Assembly (NCBI RefSeq): GCF_001447785.1
Contig: NW_015172027.1
Coordinates: forward strand, 339,843 to 403,842
Length of the DNA: 64,000 bases
Source of the DNA: Gekko japonicus
Lineage: Eukaryota
Direction: 5' to 3'
Shown piece by piece: positions 37,045 to 50,728 of this stretch (position 1 is the stretch's first letter; each line of letters begins with the position of its first letter). The notes beneath the pieces are model-generated. The model was given only the letters and a program-made list of their open reading frames with translations. It was not told the origin of the DNA and searched no databases. The position numbers and the translations under genes are program-made.

Positions 37045-38807
37045 CTGGGAGGGGGGAAAGGTATCTTTGAAAATAATATTTCCAGATATTTCAAATTTAT
37101 TGAATACCTCCATTGTTTCCCAACACAACAATACAAGTTAACATTCTATTTTCCCACCTAGTATTTCCTTCGTCAAAAATTAAGATAAGAATAATTTAGG
37201 TATGTTGAGTCTTTGCCAAATGTTTCTAGCGTAGTTTGCATCAAATAAGAAATCTGTTGAGTCAGCAGCTCTTACGTGTTGTTAGAATTTCACTGCTCTT
37301 CCTTGTCAACAATCAAGTATCCAATTTCACATCAAGCTGACCTTTCCATTTTATAAAATAGGAAATAGTGGGTTGGACCCTACCCCTCTCCTACCACTCA
37401 ACTAAGGAAAGTTTATTGATATCCATAAGATGATTGTTAAAATATTTACATCCCAGTGTTCCTCTTGGGATAAGTTTGAAGCCTTCCTCCAGTCTAAGAA
37501 GCCTCCTCCAATGTAAGTGGCTCTTCCTTAACAGAAGGTTCCTGAGGCTGAGAGACAGCTACTTGGGAAATGGTTGGATCTCCTCTGGTATTGCATGCTA
37601 GGTAAAGCTTAATGTAAAACAACCTTGAAATCAAACACTCTGTGATGTCAAAGGCAAATGCATATACACAGGAAAAAACAAGCTGTATGCTGATGCTGTA
37701 CAAAATCAATACTCTAAATATATAGAAAAAGCTTTAAAGTGCTGGTATCAAACCACATGTAAATGAATCGCATGGCTCTCTTTGTAGCAGGACCTCCTTT
37801 GCATATTAGGCGACACACCCCTAATGTAGCCAATCCTCCAAGAGCTTACAGAGCTCTTCTTACAGGGGCTACTGTGAACCCCAGAAAAAAGATGGGGGCT
37901 AAGTGGAAGTGTGCAGCAGGAGGAGGGAAATAGGCAATAATCTCCCACCCTTCTTCCACAAATAGAAATGGAATTCCATCAGAGGAACTGCTGCTACATT
38001 GAAGGAATGGCACCTCAGGATCCAAGCTAAGCAATACAAAAGAAGGGGTAAAAATCCAATACTAAAATGGAGCTAGATACCTTAAAGGTTGAGGTTACAA
38101 GCATAAATAAAAAAGATTAGACAAAATATATACTTCATATTACAGCGCACTTCAGTCTATATATCTAATAGCCACTCTGTGTTTTCTGTGTGGATACTTA
38201 TTTCCACCAACAGAGGGCTCACTCTTCCCCAACAGCTTTTCCTACATACTCAGGAGTCTTCCTGGGGCACAGAAAAATCCAAGGGGGAAAAAAAACCTTC
38301 AGAGATGGTTGAATTCCCCCCAATACCTTTTGAAATGGCCTCCAAAGGGGTCTACTTCAGACATCAACGGTAAGAGATTAGAATACTCGAGGTGGGGAGG
38401 CTTCCAACTGACTGTCATTAAAAGGGAAGGGAAAGGGCCCTTTCCAGGCCTATTTTGGCCTTTGAGGGAGGGAGCCTTTGGCCAGGCCTGACAAGGGTGG
38501 CCAGTGCCAGGTTGGGGAATTCCTAGATTTTTTGTTGTGGACTCTAAGGAGGGTTGTGTTTGGGGAAGGGAGAGGCCTCAGCTGGGTATAATGCCACAGA
38601 GTCCCCCCTCCAAAGCAGCCATTTTCTCCAGGGAGACAGACCTCTGCTGTCTAGAGTCCAGTTGTAATTTTGGGGGGGTCTCCAGGTCCCACTTGGAGGT
38701 TAGCAACCCTAGGTCTGGCAGCAGTCTAGAATTGCCAGGTCCCCCCTGATTTGCATGAATCAACTAGGCCTGACTGCTTGCTACTGTTCATCAGGAGCCA
38801 CCCTATG

Positions 38808-39000
38808 AAAGCTAGCCAGTGAGGTGCAGCAGTTAGTGCTTCAAAGTAGGGTCAGCAAGATCCAGGTTCAGATCCCCATCTTGCGGTGGAAGCTGATTGG
38901 GTGATTTTGGACCAGTCACATACTTTCAGCCTAACCAACCTCACAGGGTTGTTGTGCAGATAAAAAGGAGGAGAGAATAATGTAAGCTGCTTTGGTCCCC
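38808..39000 (+). mobile_element. Older tRNA/CORE-type SINE
   Basis: Box B-like GGTTCAGATCC; CORE-like CAGCCTAACCAACCTCACAGGGTTGTTGTG. Confidence 0.6.
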
Positions 39001-40789
39001 ACTGTGGAGAAAGACTGTAATTTTCCTAGGTAGAGGCTGTGGGAGAGGGGGGTGGAGAGGGAAAGCAGATCAAGGTAGGTTGGCTATTGAATGGGAAGGA
39101 AATAGGTTTGCCAACTCCAGGTCGGGGAATTCATGGGCATTTGAGGGGTGGAGCCTGGAGAGGGTGGGATTTGAGGAGGAGAGGAACTTCAGACTTGTGT
39201 GATGCCATAGACTCCACCCTTCAAACCAGCCATTTCCTCCACGAGAACTGCCATTGCCAGCCTCCAGGTGAGGGCTGGAGGTCACCCAGAATTACAACTG
39301 CTGTCCAGGTGACAGAGACCAGTTCTCCTGGATAAAATGGCTGCTTTGGAGGGTTGAGTATATGACATTATACCCTGCTGAGGCTGCTTGCCTCCCCAAG
39401 TTTCACTGTCCCAAAGCTCCACCCCCAAATCTCCAGGAATTTCCCAACCTGGAGCTGGCAGCCATAAGGTGAATTGATCTCTGTAGCTGGGAGATCCACT
39501 GTGATTCCCAGAGTGCTGCCACTGCTGCTGTGAGGGGAGAGGAAGCAGGTGGGTAGCTGGGAGTACCGCCACCACTGCTGCTGTTGCTGCTATGCAGGGT
39601 GGGGGAGGAATCAGGCAGGAGGCTGGAAGAGTGATGGGGGCAGAAAGAGAGAGTGATGGGGTGAGGAGGCAGAAAAACAAGGAGAATGGTGACAGGTTAG
39701 AAAGAGAGAGGAAGTCACATGCATGGAGGAGAAATAGAAAGTAAGAAAAGGGGGGCAGAGGGGAGAAATAGTGTGAGAGAGGTAGGGGGAGAGGGGAGGA
39801 AGCAAAGGTGTGAGGAATGGGATAACCATCCAGCAAGTTTCTTGCAGGTCTCCACTTGTAGTTCATTAAATACAAAATAACCCTTTGGGTCATACAAGTC
39901 ACACACTGTGCAGTACACATTACCTACAATGCAATAAACTCTTAGTGGCACTGGTTGGAACCAATAAAACTGGATGAGAGATGTTTCTGCCACAAAGGCC
40001 TTCTTCAGTGGTCCCAATTTAATACCACATACACACTATATGAAGGAATCTGTATCGTATTTAGCCATGTAAGGTATTATGGGGGCATTTCAAAATATAT
40101 ACTCTGCCACAGAAATACTCAGTGGGGGTATTACATCTAGCTCCTGATTGTTATAGCCACACCAATGGGAATGAGAGAAGGTATAATCATACTGAAGACA
40201 GCAGTTCCTCCACCCACAGTGTCTGTATATGTGCTGCAGCTGTAAATAAAACCCAATTAAAATTAGTTTCAAAATATACAACAACCTTTAATCTTTTAAA
40301 TATGCATTTTGTCAAAATAATAAGTAGTTTTGAAGGGGTTCTATCACCTTTAAATTGTTGTTTCTATTTTGCAATGGTGCACTTTTCCTGAATCTTACAC
40401 TACAGTGGTATAAATCTATTGGACTTTGAAAGCCCCTCTCATCTTCCAATATTTGCCAGCTTCACAAAAACCAAGGGGGGAAAGACCCCCAAACTACAAA
40501 GCCACCCATTTGATCCCAAAAGAACAGTCAGATGGGGAAGGAACAATGTACCATCAAATAGTGAGTTCATGTCGGTTACACCCACCCTGCAAAGCATGCC
40601 AATATATTAATCCCCTATGGAAAATTGACCATGTGTCTCCGGAACCTGAAGCACATTTCAAAGGTCATTTAATATAATGTCAAAAACATCATATACTGAG
40701 TTGTATTCAGTGCTTGGAAAACAACAAGCTTCTGGAAAGCATTTTCAAATGATGGTATCACTTTACTATGCTCTGATTAGATAGACGTC

Positions 40790-41165
40790 ACCTAGAATAT
40801 TGTGTTCTGTTTGGGGCACCACAATTTAAGAAGGATATAGACAAGCTGGAACATATCCAGAGGAGGGCAATGAATATGGTGAGGGGTCTGGAGACCAAGT
40901 CCTATGAGGAAAGTTTGAAGGAACTGGGTATGCTTAGCCTGGAGAGGAGACCACTGAGAGGTGATATGATAACCATCTTCAAGTACTTGAAGGGCTGTCA
41001 TATAGAGGATGGTGCGAGTTGTTTTCTGTTGCCTCAGAAGGTCGGACCAGAACTAACAGGTTGAAATTAAATTAAAATACTTCCTCGGGAGGTGGTGGGC
41101 TCTCCTTCTTTGGAGGTTTTTAAACAGAGGCTAGATGGCCATCTGATAGTCATGCTGATTCTGCA
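40790..41165 (+). mobile_element. CR1 LINE 3' fragment
   Basis: [31 protein letters not shown] is the typical CR1 ORF2 C-terminus. Confidence 0.85.
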
Positions 41166-41273
41166 AACTTATTTGATGGGCTGTTCATGCTTCTTTAGCA
41201 TGAAGAGGGGATTTCTTTCTGCCTCCCAGCCCTGCAGGGAGTCAGCAAGAACAGAAGCCGATTTTCAACTCAC

Positions 41274-41325
41274 CAACGGTGAAGAGGAACAGACTGGAGA
41301 ATCCAAGGAGTAGAATCGTCTTCAT
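41274..41325 (-). CDS. Three-finger (Ly6/uPAR) gene 1, signal-peptide exon
   Basis: Acceptor TTTTTCTCTTCAG (exon starts 41347); ATG at 41325; MKTILLLGFSSLFLFTV+G; donor GTGAGT at 41273; phase 1. Confidence 0.88.
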
Positions 41326-41572
41326 TCTGTTTCAATTTTTGATGTTGCTGAAGAGAAAAAGACTGAAAGAGGCTGCCGGAATCCACACCACTCTGAAAGT
41401 CTTCAGGTACATCTAAGCAGGTGTACACTTGTTATTTATTCTCTCTGGGATCCGAGGAGTAGCCAATGGGGAGAAGGATGAAGTTGTGTTAATCCCATTT
41501 TGTGGTGCAATATACCCAGTTGCACAAATGCTTTTTTAATTGTTATGTTTTTAGGTTTTGTCATAAACTTAC

Positions 41573-41650
41573 AGGAATCAGAGGACAGTAGTGACAATGA
41601 TATATATACAAAATAGAAAAAAATGTGCAAATTTCTGCAGACAGGTTTTA
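41573..41650 (-). other. Putative non-coding first exon of three-finger gene 1
   Basis: Consensus GTAAGT donor at 41572-41567, about 225 nt upstream of the signal-exon acceptor; start position unknown. Confidence 0.45.
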
Positions 41651-41856
41651 TCAGAGTGTGTTGGCTTCTGAGAAGTGCTTTGTTAGCCAGTTGGACTGCT
41701 ACCTTGTTCTAGGAAAGTACCAGAAATGGTACTTCATGTTTTTTTTAAAATTACCACATTGACTTCATTTCTACATTTCCGTTACCAGAATATATTGGTA
41801 TTTGCTTCAACAGGAATGGTCATTAAAGTCCTTCTGGGAACAAGGTGTACATAAGA

Positions 41857-44357
41857 TATTGTGTAGTGGGTTGCCGCATGGAAGGACGACAGACGACGAC
41901 GTAGTGCATAGCACGCTTTATTAGGTACACAACAAGACAGGGGACAAACGGCCGGCAGGCCAACTATATACACAGCCAGGGGCACACCCCTGGGCCCTAT
42001 TGGCGGGTTTGAATCTCCCGCCACGGTCCCATTGGTTCCCCCAGTGGAGGGACTAGGATCCTAGTCCCCATTGTTGTCCAGGACTGAAGCTCAGGCGTGT
42101 GCGCTGACCTCCGGTGGCGGTCAGTGGACACAACATCCCTCCCCCATAGTCCGGAACCTCCCCTATGTAACATAGTCTTTAAGGTACGATGGTGTCCGTC
42201 GTACCCTCGCGGATCGTCTAGGGCCCTGTTCTGGGGCCCCCTGGGTTCCAACCTCTGGGGCGGAAGCCTGAGGTTGTTGAAACAGTCCGGGCGCCACGCT
42301 TACTCCGAAGCTTAGTCGCTTCACACGGAATGCCCCCCGGTGCGTTACTATGGTTTGCGCCTCCGCCGTTGCCTCACCCACTGGCAACTGCTGGTAAGCT
42401 TGGGCGAGATCCAGTTTGCCAAAGATCTTAGCCCCGCCCAAGGTGGCAAGAACGTGGCTAACTACAGGGACCGGGTAAGCATGGTCCTGCAGCGCCTTGT
42501 TCAGAGTACATTTATAGTCAGCAGAGATGCGGACTGCCCCATTGGGTTTATTAACCACGACTATGAGAGTCTCCCACGCCGCGTGGGAGACTGGCTCCAG
42601 GATGCCTTGCGCTACAAGGTGGTCCAGTTCCACGTCGATTTTTGGCTTTACCGACAACGGAACTGTCCTGGCTCGCATCCTTATGGGGGCCACCGAGGGG
42701 TCTAAGCGCAAGGTCACCGGGGGGCCCGTATACCGGCCCAGAGAATCGTCAAAAACGGCGGGAAACTCGTGGCAGATCCCCTTGAAGTCTTGGGTCGTGC
42801 AGGCCTGTACTCCCTCTACCGTGATGCCCAGGGGTTCAAACCAGGCCCGCCCCAGTAAACTGACTAGGTCGCCTTCGACCACGATCAAGTCCAAGTTCCT
42901 TTTAAAATTCTTGAACTGCACCCGGAAAGTTCCGACTCCCTTGATTGGCACCGGGTTACGCTGGAAGTCCATGAGCGTAACCTGGGCTGGGCACAAGCGG
43001 GGTCCCCCCTTGGGACATAGGTGTCTCAGGGTCGCGGCCGAGATTATTGAGGCCGCGGACCCCGAATCCACCTCCATCTTACAAGGGGACCCTGCTATTG
43101 TCACGGTGGCCATGAACTTAGGGGAGGGCGACTTCCCAGGGAGTTGCAGTACCTGCTGACTCTGGTGGGTGAGGTGGTAGAGGTCCTCGGCGCCGGCGTC
43201 TTTCCCGAAGTAGGTCTCCGCTTTCGGCCGCGTTGCCTTGGAGCGGCAGACCTTCGCGAGGTGCCCGGTGCGGCCGCAGTTGTGGCAGACAGAATTGCGG
43301 AACCTGCAGATCTTGCGGTCATGCGGGTCCCTGCAGCTGGCACACGGGGATGCGTTGGGATGCTGGCGACCGGCGCTCGGGTGCGGCGCTTGAGTGCGGN
43401 NNNNNNNNNNNNNNNNNNNNNNNNNNNNNNNNNNNNNNNNNNNNNNNNNNNNNNNNNNNNNNNNNNNNNNNNNNNNNNNNNNNNNNNNNNNNNNNNNNNN
43501 NNNNNNNNNNNNNNNNNNNNNNNNNNNNNNNNNNNNNNNNNNNNNNNNNNNNNNNNNNNNNNNNNNNNNNNNNNNNNNNNNNNNNNNNNNNNNNNNNNNN
43601 NNNNNNNNNNNNNNNNNNNNNNNNNNNNNNNNNNNNNNNNNNNNNNNNNNNNNNNNNNNNNNNNNNNNNNNNNNNNNNNNNNNNNNNNNNNNNNNNNNNN
43701 NNNNNNNNNNNNNNNNNNNNNNNNNNNNNNNNNNNNNNNNNNNNNNNNNNNNNNNNNNNNNNNNNNNNNNNNNNNNNNNNNNNNNNNNNNNNNNNNNNNN
43801 NNNNNNNNNNNNNNNNNNNNNNNNNNNNNNNNNNNNNNNNNNNNNNNNNNNNNNNNNNNNNNNNNNNNNNNNNNNNNNNNNNNNNNNNNNNNNNNNNNNN
43901 NNNNNNNNNNNNNNNNNNNNNNNNNNNNNNNNNNNNNNNNNNNNNNNNNNNNNNNNNNNNNNNNNNNNNNNNNNNNNNNNNNNNNNNNNNNNNNNNNNNN
44001 NNNNNNNNNNNNNNNNNNNNNNNNNNNNNNNNNNNNNNNNNNNNNNNNNNNNNNNNNNNNNNNNNNNNNNNNNNNNNNNNNNNNNNNNNNNNNNNNNNNN
44101 NNNNNNNNNNNNNNNNNNNNNNNNNNNNNNNNNNNNNNNNNNNNNNNNNNNNNNNNNNNNNNNNNNNNNNNNNNNNNNNNNNNNNNNNNNNNNNNNNNNA
44201 GGGGCACACCCCTGGGTCCTATTGGCAGGTTTGAATCTCCCGCCACGGTCCCATTGGTTCCCCCAGTGGAGGGACTAGGATCCTAGTCCCCATTGTTGTC
44301 CAGGACTGAAGCTCAGGCGTGTGCGCTGACCTCCGGTGGCGGTCAGTGGACACAACA
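41857..44357 (-). mobile_element. Internally deleted Gypsy LTR retrotransposon with 5-bp TSD
   Basis: LTR 41857-42135 is nearly identical to the partial LTR ending at 44357; TSD TAAGA (41852-41856, 44358-44362); polypurine tract at 42136-42146; CCHC knuckle, protease VDSG, RT truncated before YxDD and fused to the integrase tail RRSARVRRTPSYLKDY. Confidence 0.92.
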
Positions 44358-46179
44358 TAAGAACACCTTTGGGCTGGCCAGGGCCCCCCTCAGAATTGTA
44401 TCCCCCCTTGAAAGTTTCCTTCAAAACAACCCTGATCAGTGAGGCCTGCAGGGCATCTTTTTATTTCACAAGGGAAAATGGTCAAGCCATAGCACAGCAT
44501 CATCAGGCAGCAATTTGACAGCAAACAGAAGTACCTTCTTAACTAGCCAGTCCTCCCAGGACCCATCATGGGCCTTTCAGGTGAAGTGAGTGTCCCCCCT
44601 TAGTGCCCCTGTTTCTCTCTTAGACCCAACCCAGACAACATATGACACTTGACTTGCCCTGGTCAGTCAGCCCCCAGTTAGGTGAAGGCAGTTGGTTCTT
44701 ATTTCCCTCAGTCCCACTCCCCTTCAACAGCCCCGGATTGAGCAGATGCTTTGTGGAAACAGGATACTGAGTGAGGCACTGCATAGGACTTGGGACAGGC
44801 AGGCCCATCTAATTTCAGAGACAGTAAGCTGTACTTTTGCAGGGTCCACCACATTCTCTAGATAGATTCTGGGCACTGGAAGTTTATCTTGTTACAAAAG
44901 CTGGTCTCTTGGCCTTACTAGATAACTCCACACCCTTCAAGTTGCACAGCTGAACACAGGGACAAACCTGTTCACAAATGGGTGGAGATATGGGATATGA
45001 GCAGGAGGGCCAACTTAATCCAGGCTTAACAACAGAGGTGTGAAATTCCTGAGCTGGACCATACCACTACCCCTTTTGAGGTTGTTCTATGTATTTACAA
45101 AATGAAGAATGTGAGCCTGAATCAGACCTGTAGCCACATGGATGCATTTGATGGCAACATCCCCTTTCAAATGTGCCATACTCCCTCCCTCCGGGTCCCC
45201 CTTCTCCCCATCCCTCCTGAGCCCACATGAGCTGCTGTGTCTCTTTTTCCCAGCCCGGCTCTCCTAAGTGGCATCTGGCTCTCATAAGTGTGCAGGGAGG
45301 GGGCGGGAGGCTGGATGCTGCTGTGACCACTTTGCCTCAGCTTCTTTTCCCCTGATCAGCTGAGCTCAGCCGCTGCTGCCCTTGATGCCTGCTCTGAGCA
45401 TCGACAGCACCTCCCATTTCCTCCTCCCTTGCACCTTCCAGGAAGCCCCTTTCCAGCCCACCATCTGCTGGGACGTGGAGAAGCAGGGAAGGCAGGGCAA
45501 GGTGGCACCTCGGTGTGGAGCTCTTCCTCATCTTTCCCCCCAGCCGATGGGAAGTGACACAGTCTGCCTGGCCCACACAAAGGAGACTACAGGTTTATTT
45601 ATTTTTATTCAATTATTTCTGTGACATTGTAAGTGACATCATGCCCCCCCCACCTACCCACCCAGTGCCCACAACCAAACATTTTCTGGCTACAGGCCTC
45701 TGAATGTTTTGGGAATCAAGAGAAATTCAACCGGGGAAAAAAAACTTTTAAGGGGAATTTGGGTAGGGGGGTTGTTGTTTGTGGACCTCCTTTGGTGTCT
45801 TATCTCCCCCCCGCTCAATTTTCTGGGCAATGGGATGGAGGGGGTAAAAGCAGACAGTGCTGTCTTCTAATGGCACCTATGGGAGGCATCAGATCAAATG
45901 CTCTTTGTTGTGGATGCCAGACCTCCCCCTCAATGGGGGCAGCTGGCTGGTGGGGGAATTACCCCCTCCAAAAAAAAAACAAGGAAGAAAACCAGAAATT
46001 AATGCAATGTGCCTATGTGACCCAGAAGTGACGTAGGCTTGGGCAGGGATGTCAGGGGGTGACACTCTTGTTTTGAGGCAAATCTCTATAGTAGAAGCTA
46101 ATTCTAGGGCTAGCTTGCCTACCTGATCACTACATCCCCTGACAAAAATAATTCAGATGAAACCCATGGAACTAATGCT

Positions 46180-48680
46180 ATGGTTCTATATTTGGAAGCT
46201 TTTCCCATTAATATGATGATCACAAATGCTGATTTTCCTCTCAGTTTAACTTCCGGTGATTCGGATGAAATATGGTTCAATTTTGATATATATCAGTAAG
46301 AATGGGAGGAACAGTTGTCGTGCAACCCCTGTATAATTGGCTGGGGGTTTTAATGCTCGATCAAGAGCTAGTGATAAGCAATTGTTTAAAATGAATAGTA
46401 CTTTTAGATCGTTAAATCAAGGTCAGTGGTTTTCTGGTATATGCATCTCAGAAGATGATACAGTTGCAGGCATTGCACTCAGAAAATATTCAGATACTCA
46501 TGGGCTGTTTTTAGTCAATGGTAATAATACAGTGGATGGGCCTGCAGATTTTACATTTGTTTCTAAAAATGGTTCTGGTGTGATAGATTTAGTGTTGGCT
46601 TCCTTGGATTTATTTGTTAAGATAACTCATTTTAAAGTATATGAACCTATTGTTAGTGACCATTTTCCTGTTCTTTGGCAGCTAGATATTAAAGTAAATC
46701 AGGTCCCTAGGGAGTTAAACCCTGATCCCGAGTTGCTCTTTTCCCTGATCTCAGGGCAATGGGATGATAAGGTCACAGAGAAAGTGGCTCAATTACTTTA
46801 TTCTGAAGAAATGCTCATAAATAAGAACAAAGTGATGGATTCTACCTCTCTCTAAGGGATTTTAAGGGAATTCCAGGAGATGCAAGACCAAATGAAACAC
46901 TTATTGGTCAGGAGGGGTGGTGGTAATAAACTCAAAAGGAAAAACAAAAAGATTTGGTTTCACGTGGAGTGCAAAAGTAGCAGGAGGCAAGTCAGGAAGG
47001 ACTACTATAAATGTAAGAAATCTAATAATGTTGCTACATGAACAATATACCTTAATTCAAAGCATAGAAATAGGATCCTTTTTAGGCACAAGAAGTATCA
47101 TGGTACCTGACAATCTTGGGCTGATCAGATTGAGGCATCCACCAGTAAGGACTCAAGATGCTTTTGGAGGCTCGTTAACAGGTCATTAGTTCAAAGAAAA
47201 CAAAATACAGATAGTTGTATCTACTGTAACAAGTAGGTCGAACACTTTACATCTTTATACATAGCTGATGCTTCTTTCCTACCATCGACTATTGCGGCTA
47301 TGTTGGATTGTAAAGACAGAGATATTACTTTGTTCCCAGCTACAGAAGCTCACATCTTGAACCTTACTGCTGGTTTAAAGGCAGGCAAGGTGGCAGGGTC
47401 CAAATGGATACCACCTAATTTAATCAAGGATTTTGCCACTTGGTGGTCCCCAATTTTGACATACTTGTTTCAGACCATTGATTACTCTGGACAATTTCCT
47501 GTGACCTGGAAAGAGGCTATAGTAGTTCCTATTTACAAAAAGGGGGATAAACTTGACCTGAAGAATTGCAGACCTATAAGCCTGCTGTTATCTTTTGACA
47601 AACTTTATGCAAGCCATTTGCTCATTAAGTTGATAACTTGGATAGACTCAGAACATCTGTTGGGAAGAGAACAAGCTGGATTTTGAAGGGGGATGTCAAC
47701 AACTGATCTTTGTGTGGCCCTTTCGCATATGGCTGAGAAATATACTAGAACCAAACAGGGGAGGCTATATGTTGCTTTCTTTGACTTAAAATCTGCATGT
47801 GATATAGTCTTTCAGGATAGACTCTGGGAGAAGCTATGCAGGACAAATATACCAGTTCGGTTACTCTTTTTGATTAGTTGTCTTTAATGTTCAGATTAGA
47901 ATCTGTTATGGTGTAAATGGCTGTTTATCTGCTCCCATAGAGGTCAGGAGGGGTGAAATACAAGGTTGTGTCCTTGCTCCTACCGTGTTTAATCTTTGCA
48001 TTTAAGATTTAGCCCCTAGACTGAATATGCTGTCTTTGCAACCACCCCCACCACCCCACAGCTAGGAACTCATCTGATTTAGGTTATGCTGTATGCAGAC
48101 GACATAGCTCTGGTATCAGCAACCAGGGTGGGACCGTGTCAATCACTTGAGATCTTCATCCAGTATTGTGCTGATGAACACCTGGTAATTAATTTTTAAA
48201 AATCCAAGGTTTTAGTTTTTGCTAGATCTTGTAGGCTGAAATTATTATGTTGGAATATCTCAGGTCACATTATGGAAGAAGTCCAATCTTACAAATATCT
48301 GGGAATTACATTACAATATTCACTCTCTTGGGCTTTGCATGCTAAAGAGATATCTATGGAAGCCAAGAGTACAGATGCAATTTTGAGGATTTTTTTACCA
48401 TAGGTGCTCAGTTTGTCCCTGCAGCTTTGGATGCATTTGGGACAAAAATAACCTCACTGTTTTTGTACGCTATTCCGGTGTGGATTGGTTTCCTGGGTAC
48501 AAGCCCAGATACAATCCAGACAAATATATTTTGGTCGATCTTAGCATGTCCTTGATGAATCACCTCATCCTCCTTGTTAAGAGGGCAGAAGAGAATTTCT
48601 CTTATAGCCTGGCTAATCATTATTAAATATTGGTTTGCAATTAATATAGAGAGTAAGGAATCACTAGTTTTACTGTCAGC
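46180..48680 (+). mobile_element. Decayed non-LTR retrotransposon ORF2 (RTE-X-like, clade tentative)
   Basis: Endonuclease GGFNAR, GVIDL, SDHFP; RT WKEAIVVPIYKKG..NCRPISLL, AFFDLKSA, YADD; many stops. Confidence 0.75.
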
Positions 48681-48689
48681 AATATTTTT

Positions 48690-49850
48690 TTAAAAAACCT
48701 GGATGGGTTCACATGCTCTGTTCTGGCCTTAGGGAAGACTGGTGCTTATAGTTTGGTTAGTTCCATCTTTGCTTTTCAATATCTATGTAAAGGTGCTGGG
48801 AGAAGTCATCTGGACATTTGGGCTGAGCTGCCACCAATATGCAAATGACACTCAGCTCTGACTCATTCTGTCAGCAAATCCCAGTGAGGCCATGAAGACA
48901 GGTGTCTGGGGACAGTTTTGGAATGGATGAGGGATAACAAACTTAATCCCAACAAAATGAACCCAGTCCCAAAAGGCAATCTTAGAAGTTTGAGACTGGC
49001 ACCTGTTTATACAACCCTTGCCCTTCCTGGCTGCTTAAATCTGCTGGGGGCTGTTGGATTAGATCCAGGATACAGTGAACACCTCCCTGAGAGACATAAT
49101 GGTCACTCCTGCCTTGAAGTGGGCAGTGGTGCTTCCACTTCCAAAGAAACATACTCTGGATCCAGGAGAGTTAAATAACTACCATCCCATCTCAGATGTA
49201 CCCTTCTTGAGAAAGGCGATTGAATCAGTGGTGACTGGCAACTTCAGAGATCTCCCAATGAAGTGGATTGTTTAGACCCATTCCAACCTGGTTTCAGGCG
49301 TGGTTATGGGACTGAAAGGGCCTTGGTCACCCTAGTGGATGACATGCACCAAGAGATGGACAGGAGGAGTGTGACACTGTTAATTCTCCTGGATTTCTTG
49401 GCAGCTTTTGAAACCATCAATCAAGGTACCTTTCTGGGACTGGGAGTCACTGTTCTGCGGTGGTTCTGGTTCTAGTTCAACAGTAGGTTTCAGAGTGTGG
49501 TGCTGGGAAACTGTGGCTCTGACCTGTGGCCTTTGGCCTGTGGAGTTCCTCAAGGTTCCATCTTTGCTTTTCAATATCTATGTAAAGGTGCTGGGAGAAG
49601 CCATCTGGACATTTGGGCTGAGCTGCCACCAATATGCAGATGACACTCAGCTCTATCAGCAGATCTCAGTGAGGCCATGGAGACAGGTGTCTGGGAACAG
49701 TTTTGGAATGGATCCCAACAAGATGGAGGAGCTACTGGTTTGGGGGAGGTGTGAGGGTTAGCCTCTGTTCTGGATAGAGTTAAACTACCCCTAAAGTAGC
49801 AGATTCCTAGCTTGAGGGTGCTTCTGGATCCAGGCCTCCTGAACTGGTAA
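48690..49850 (+). mobile_element. L2-type LINE fragments
   Basis: NYHPISDVPFL, LDPFQPGFRRGYGTE, LLDFLAAF, HQYADDTQLY. Confidence 0.75.
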
Positions 49851-50131
49851 GAAAAATTCGGGATCACAGAATTCAGAGTCTCCTGTGTATTCCAAGTACA
49901 AATTTTACCAATTTTTTTTTAAATTGCACATCTTTACTCAAAACATGCCATATACTGAAAGCAGGAAATAAAACTGGATTCAGGCCATTGACTCCAAACA
50001 TGGAAGCAGGTAAAATATCGTGATTTCAATTACCAGCCAAACTCTCCTAGTTCAAACTCCTTAACACAAGTGAAGCTTCTTTTCTGGATTGCCTTGATGT
50101 TCCTGTTTGATTGCCATTCCAATGTTGCACA

Positions 50132-50640
50132 TAGGGTTGCCAATCCCCAGTTGGGGGCAGGGGATCCCCTGGTTTGGAGCCCCTCCTCCCACTTCAGGGC
50201 TATCAGAAAGCGGGGGGGGGGGAAGAGAATAGCTGCCGGGTAATCCATTACACCCTACGGAGACCAGTCACCATAGGGTATATGGAGAATCAATCTGTGG
50301 GCATCTGGGACTCGGGGTGTGTGTGTTTTTTGAGGTTGAGGCACCAAATTTTCAGCATATCTGCTGGTGGCTCTCCTCAAAAAAACCTCCCAAGTTTCAG
50401 AAGGATTGGACCAAGGGGTCCAATTTTATGAGCCCCAAAAGAAGGTGCCCCCATCCTCTATTATGTCCAATGGAGGGAAAGCATTTAAAAGGATTGAGGT
50501 CCCTTTAAATGTGATGACCACTCACCTCGAACTCGCTTTGGAGTTCAGTCATGTTTCTTCCTTCCCGGAGCCTCCCTCCCACTTCCTGGAACCTTCTGGT
50601 AAGTCCCCTGCTGGCTTATCTGACTCACCTGGCAACCCTA
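50132..50640. mobile_element. hAT MITE with TAGGGTTGCCA TIRs and 8-bp TSD
   Basis: TAGGGTTGCCA...TGGCAACCCTA; TSD GTTGCACA at 50124-50131 and 50641-50648. Related decayed copies near 30146, 33518, 33936, 38505, 39102 and 56285. Confidence 0.88.
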
Positions 50641-50728
50641 GTTGCACAGAAGAGAATTTCCAGATGGGGGGGACAACCATAAAAAGAGTGGTGAAAGGTT
50701 GTTTTCCCAAGTTTTCTGATTAGGAAAG

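Noticed and set aside
40130-40240. Minus-strand acceptor followed by a GPI-signal-like frame (CSTYTDTVGGGTAVFSMIIPSLIPIGVAITIRS*)
   Set aside because: Needs a phase-2 donor that gene 1 does not supply; the phase-1 reading stops after ~17 codons; no independent support.
41573-41650. Hydrophobic frame LHIFFYFVYISLSLLSSDS as the signal peptide of gene 1
   Set aside because: No ATG; the exon at 41325-41274 has ATG, a proper signal peptide and the right phase.
43101-44286. Long ORFs spanning N runs (also 19764-20139 and 53546-54590)
   Set aside because: Artefacts of translating assembly gaps.
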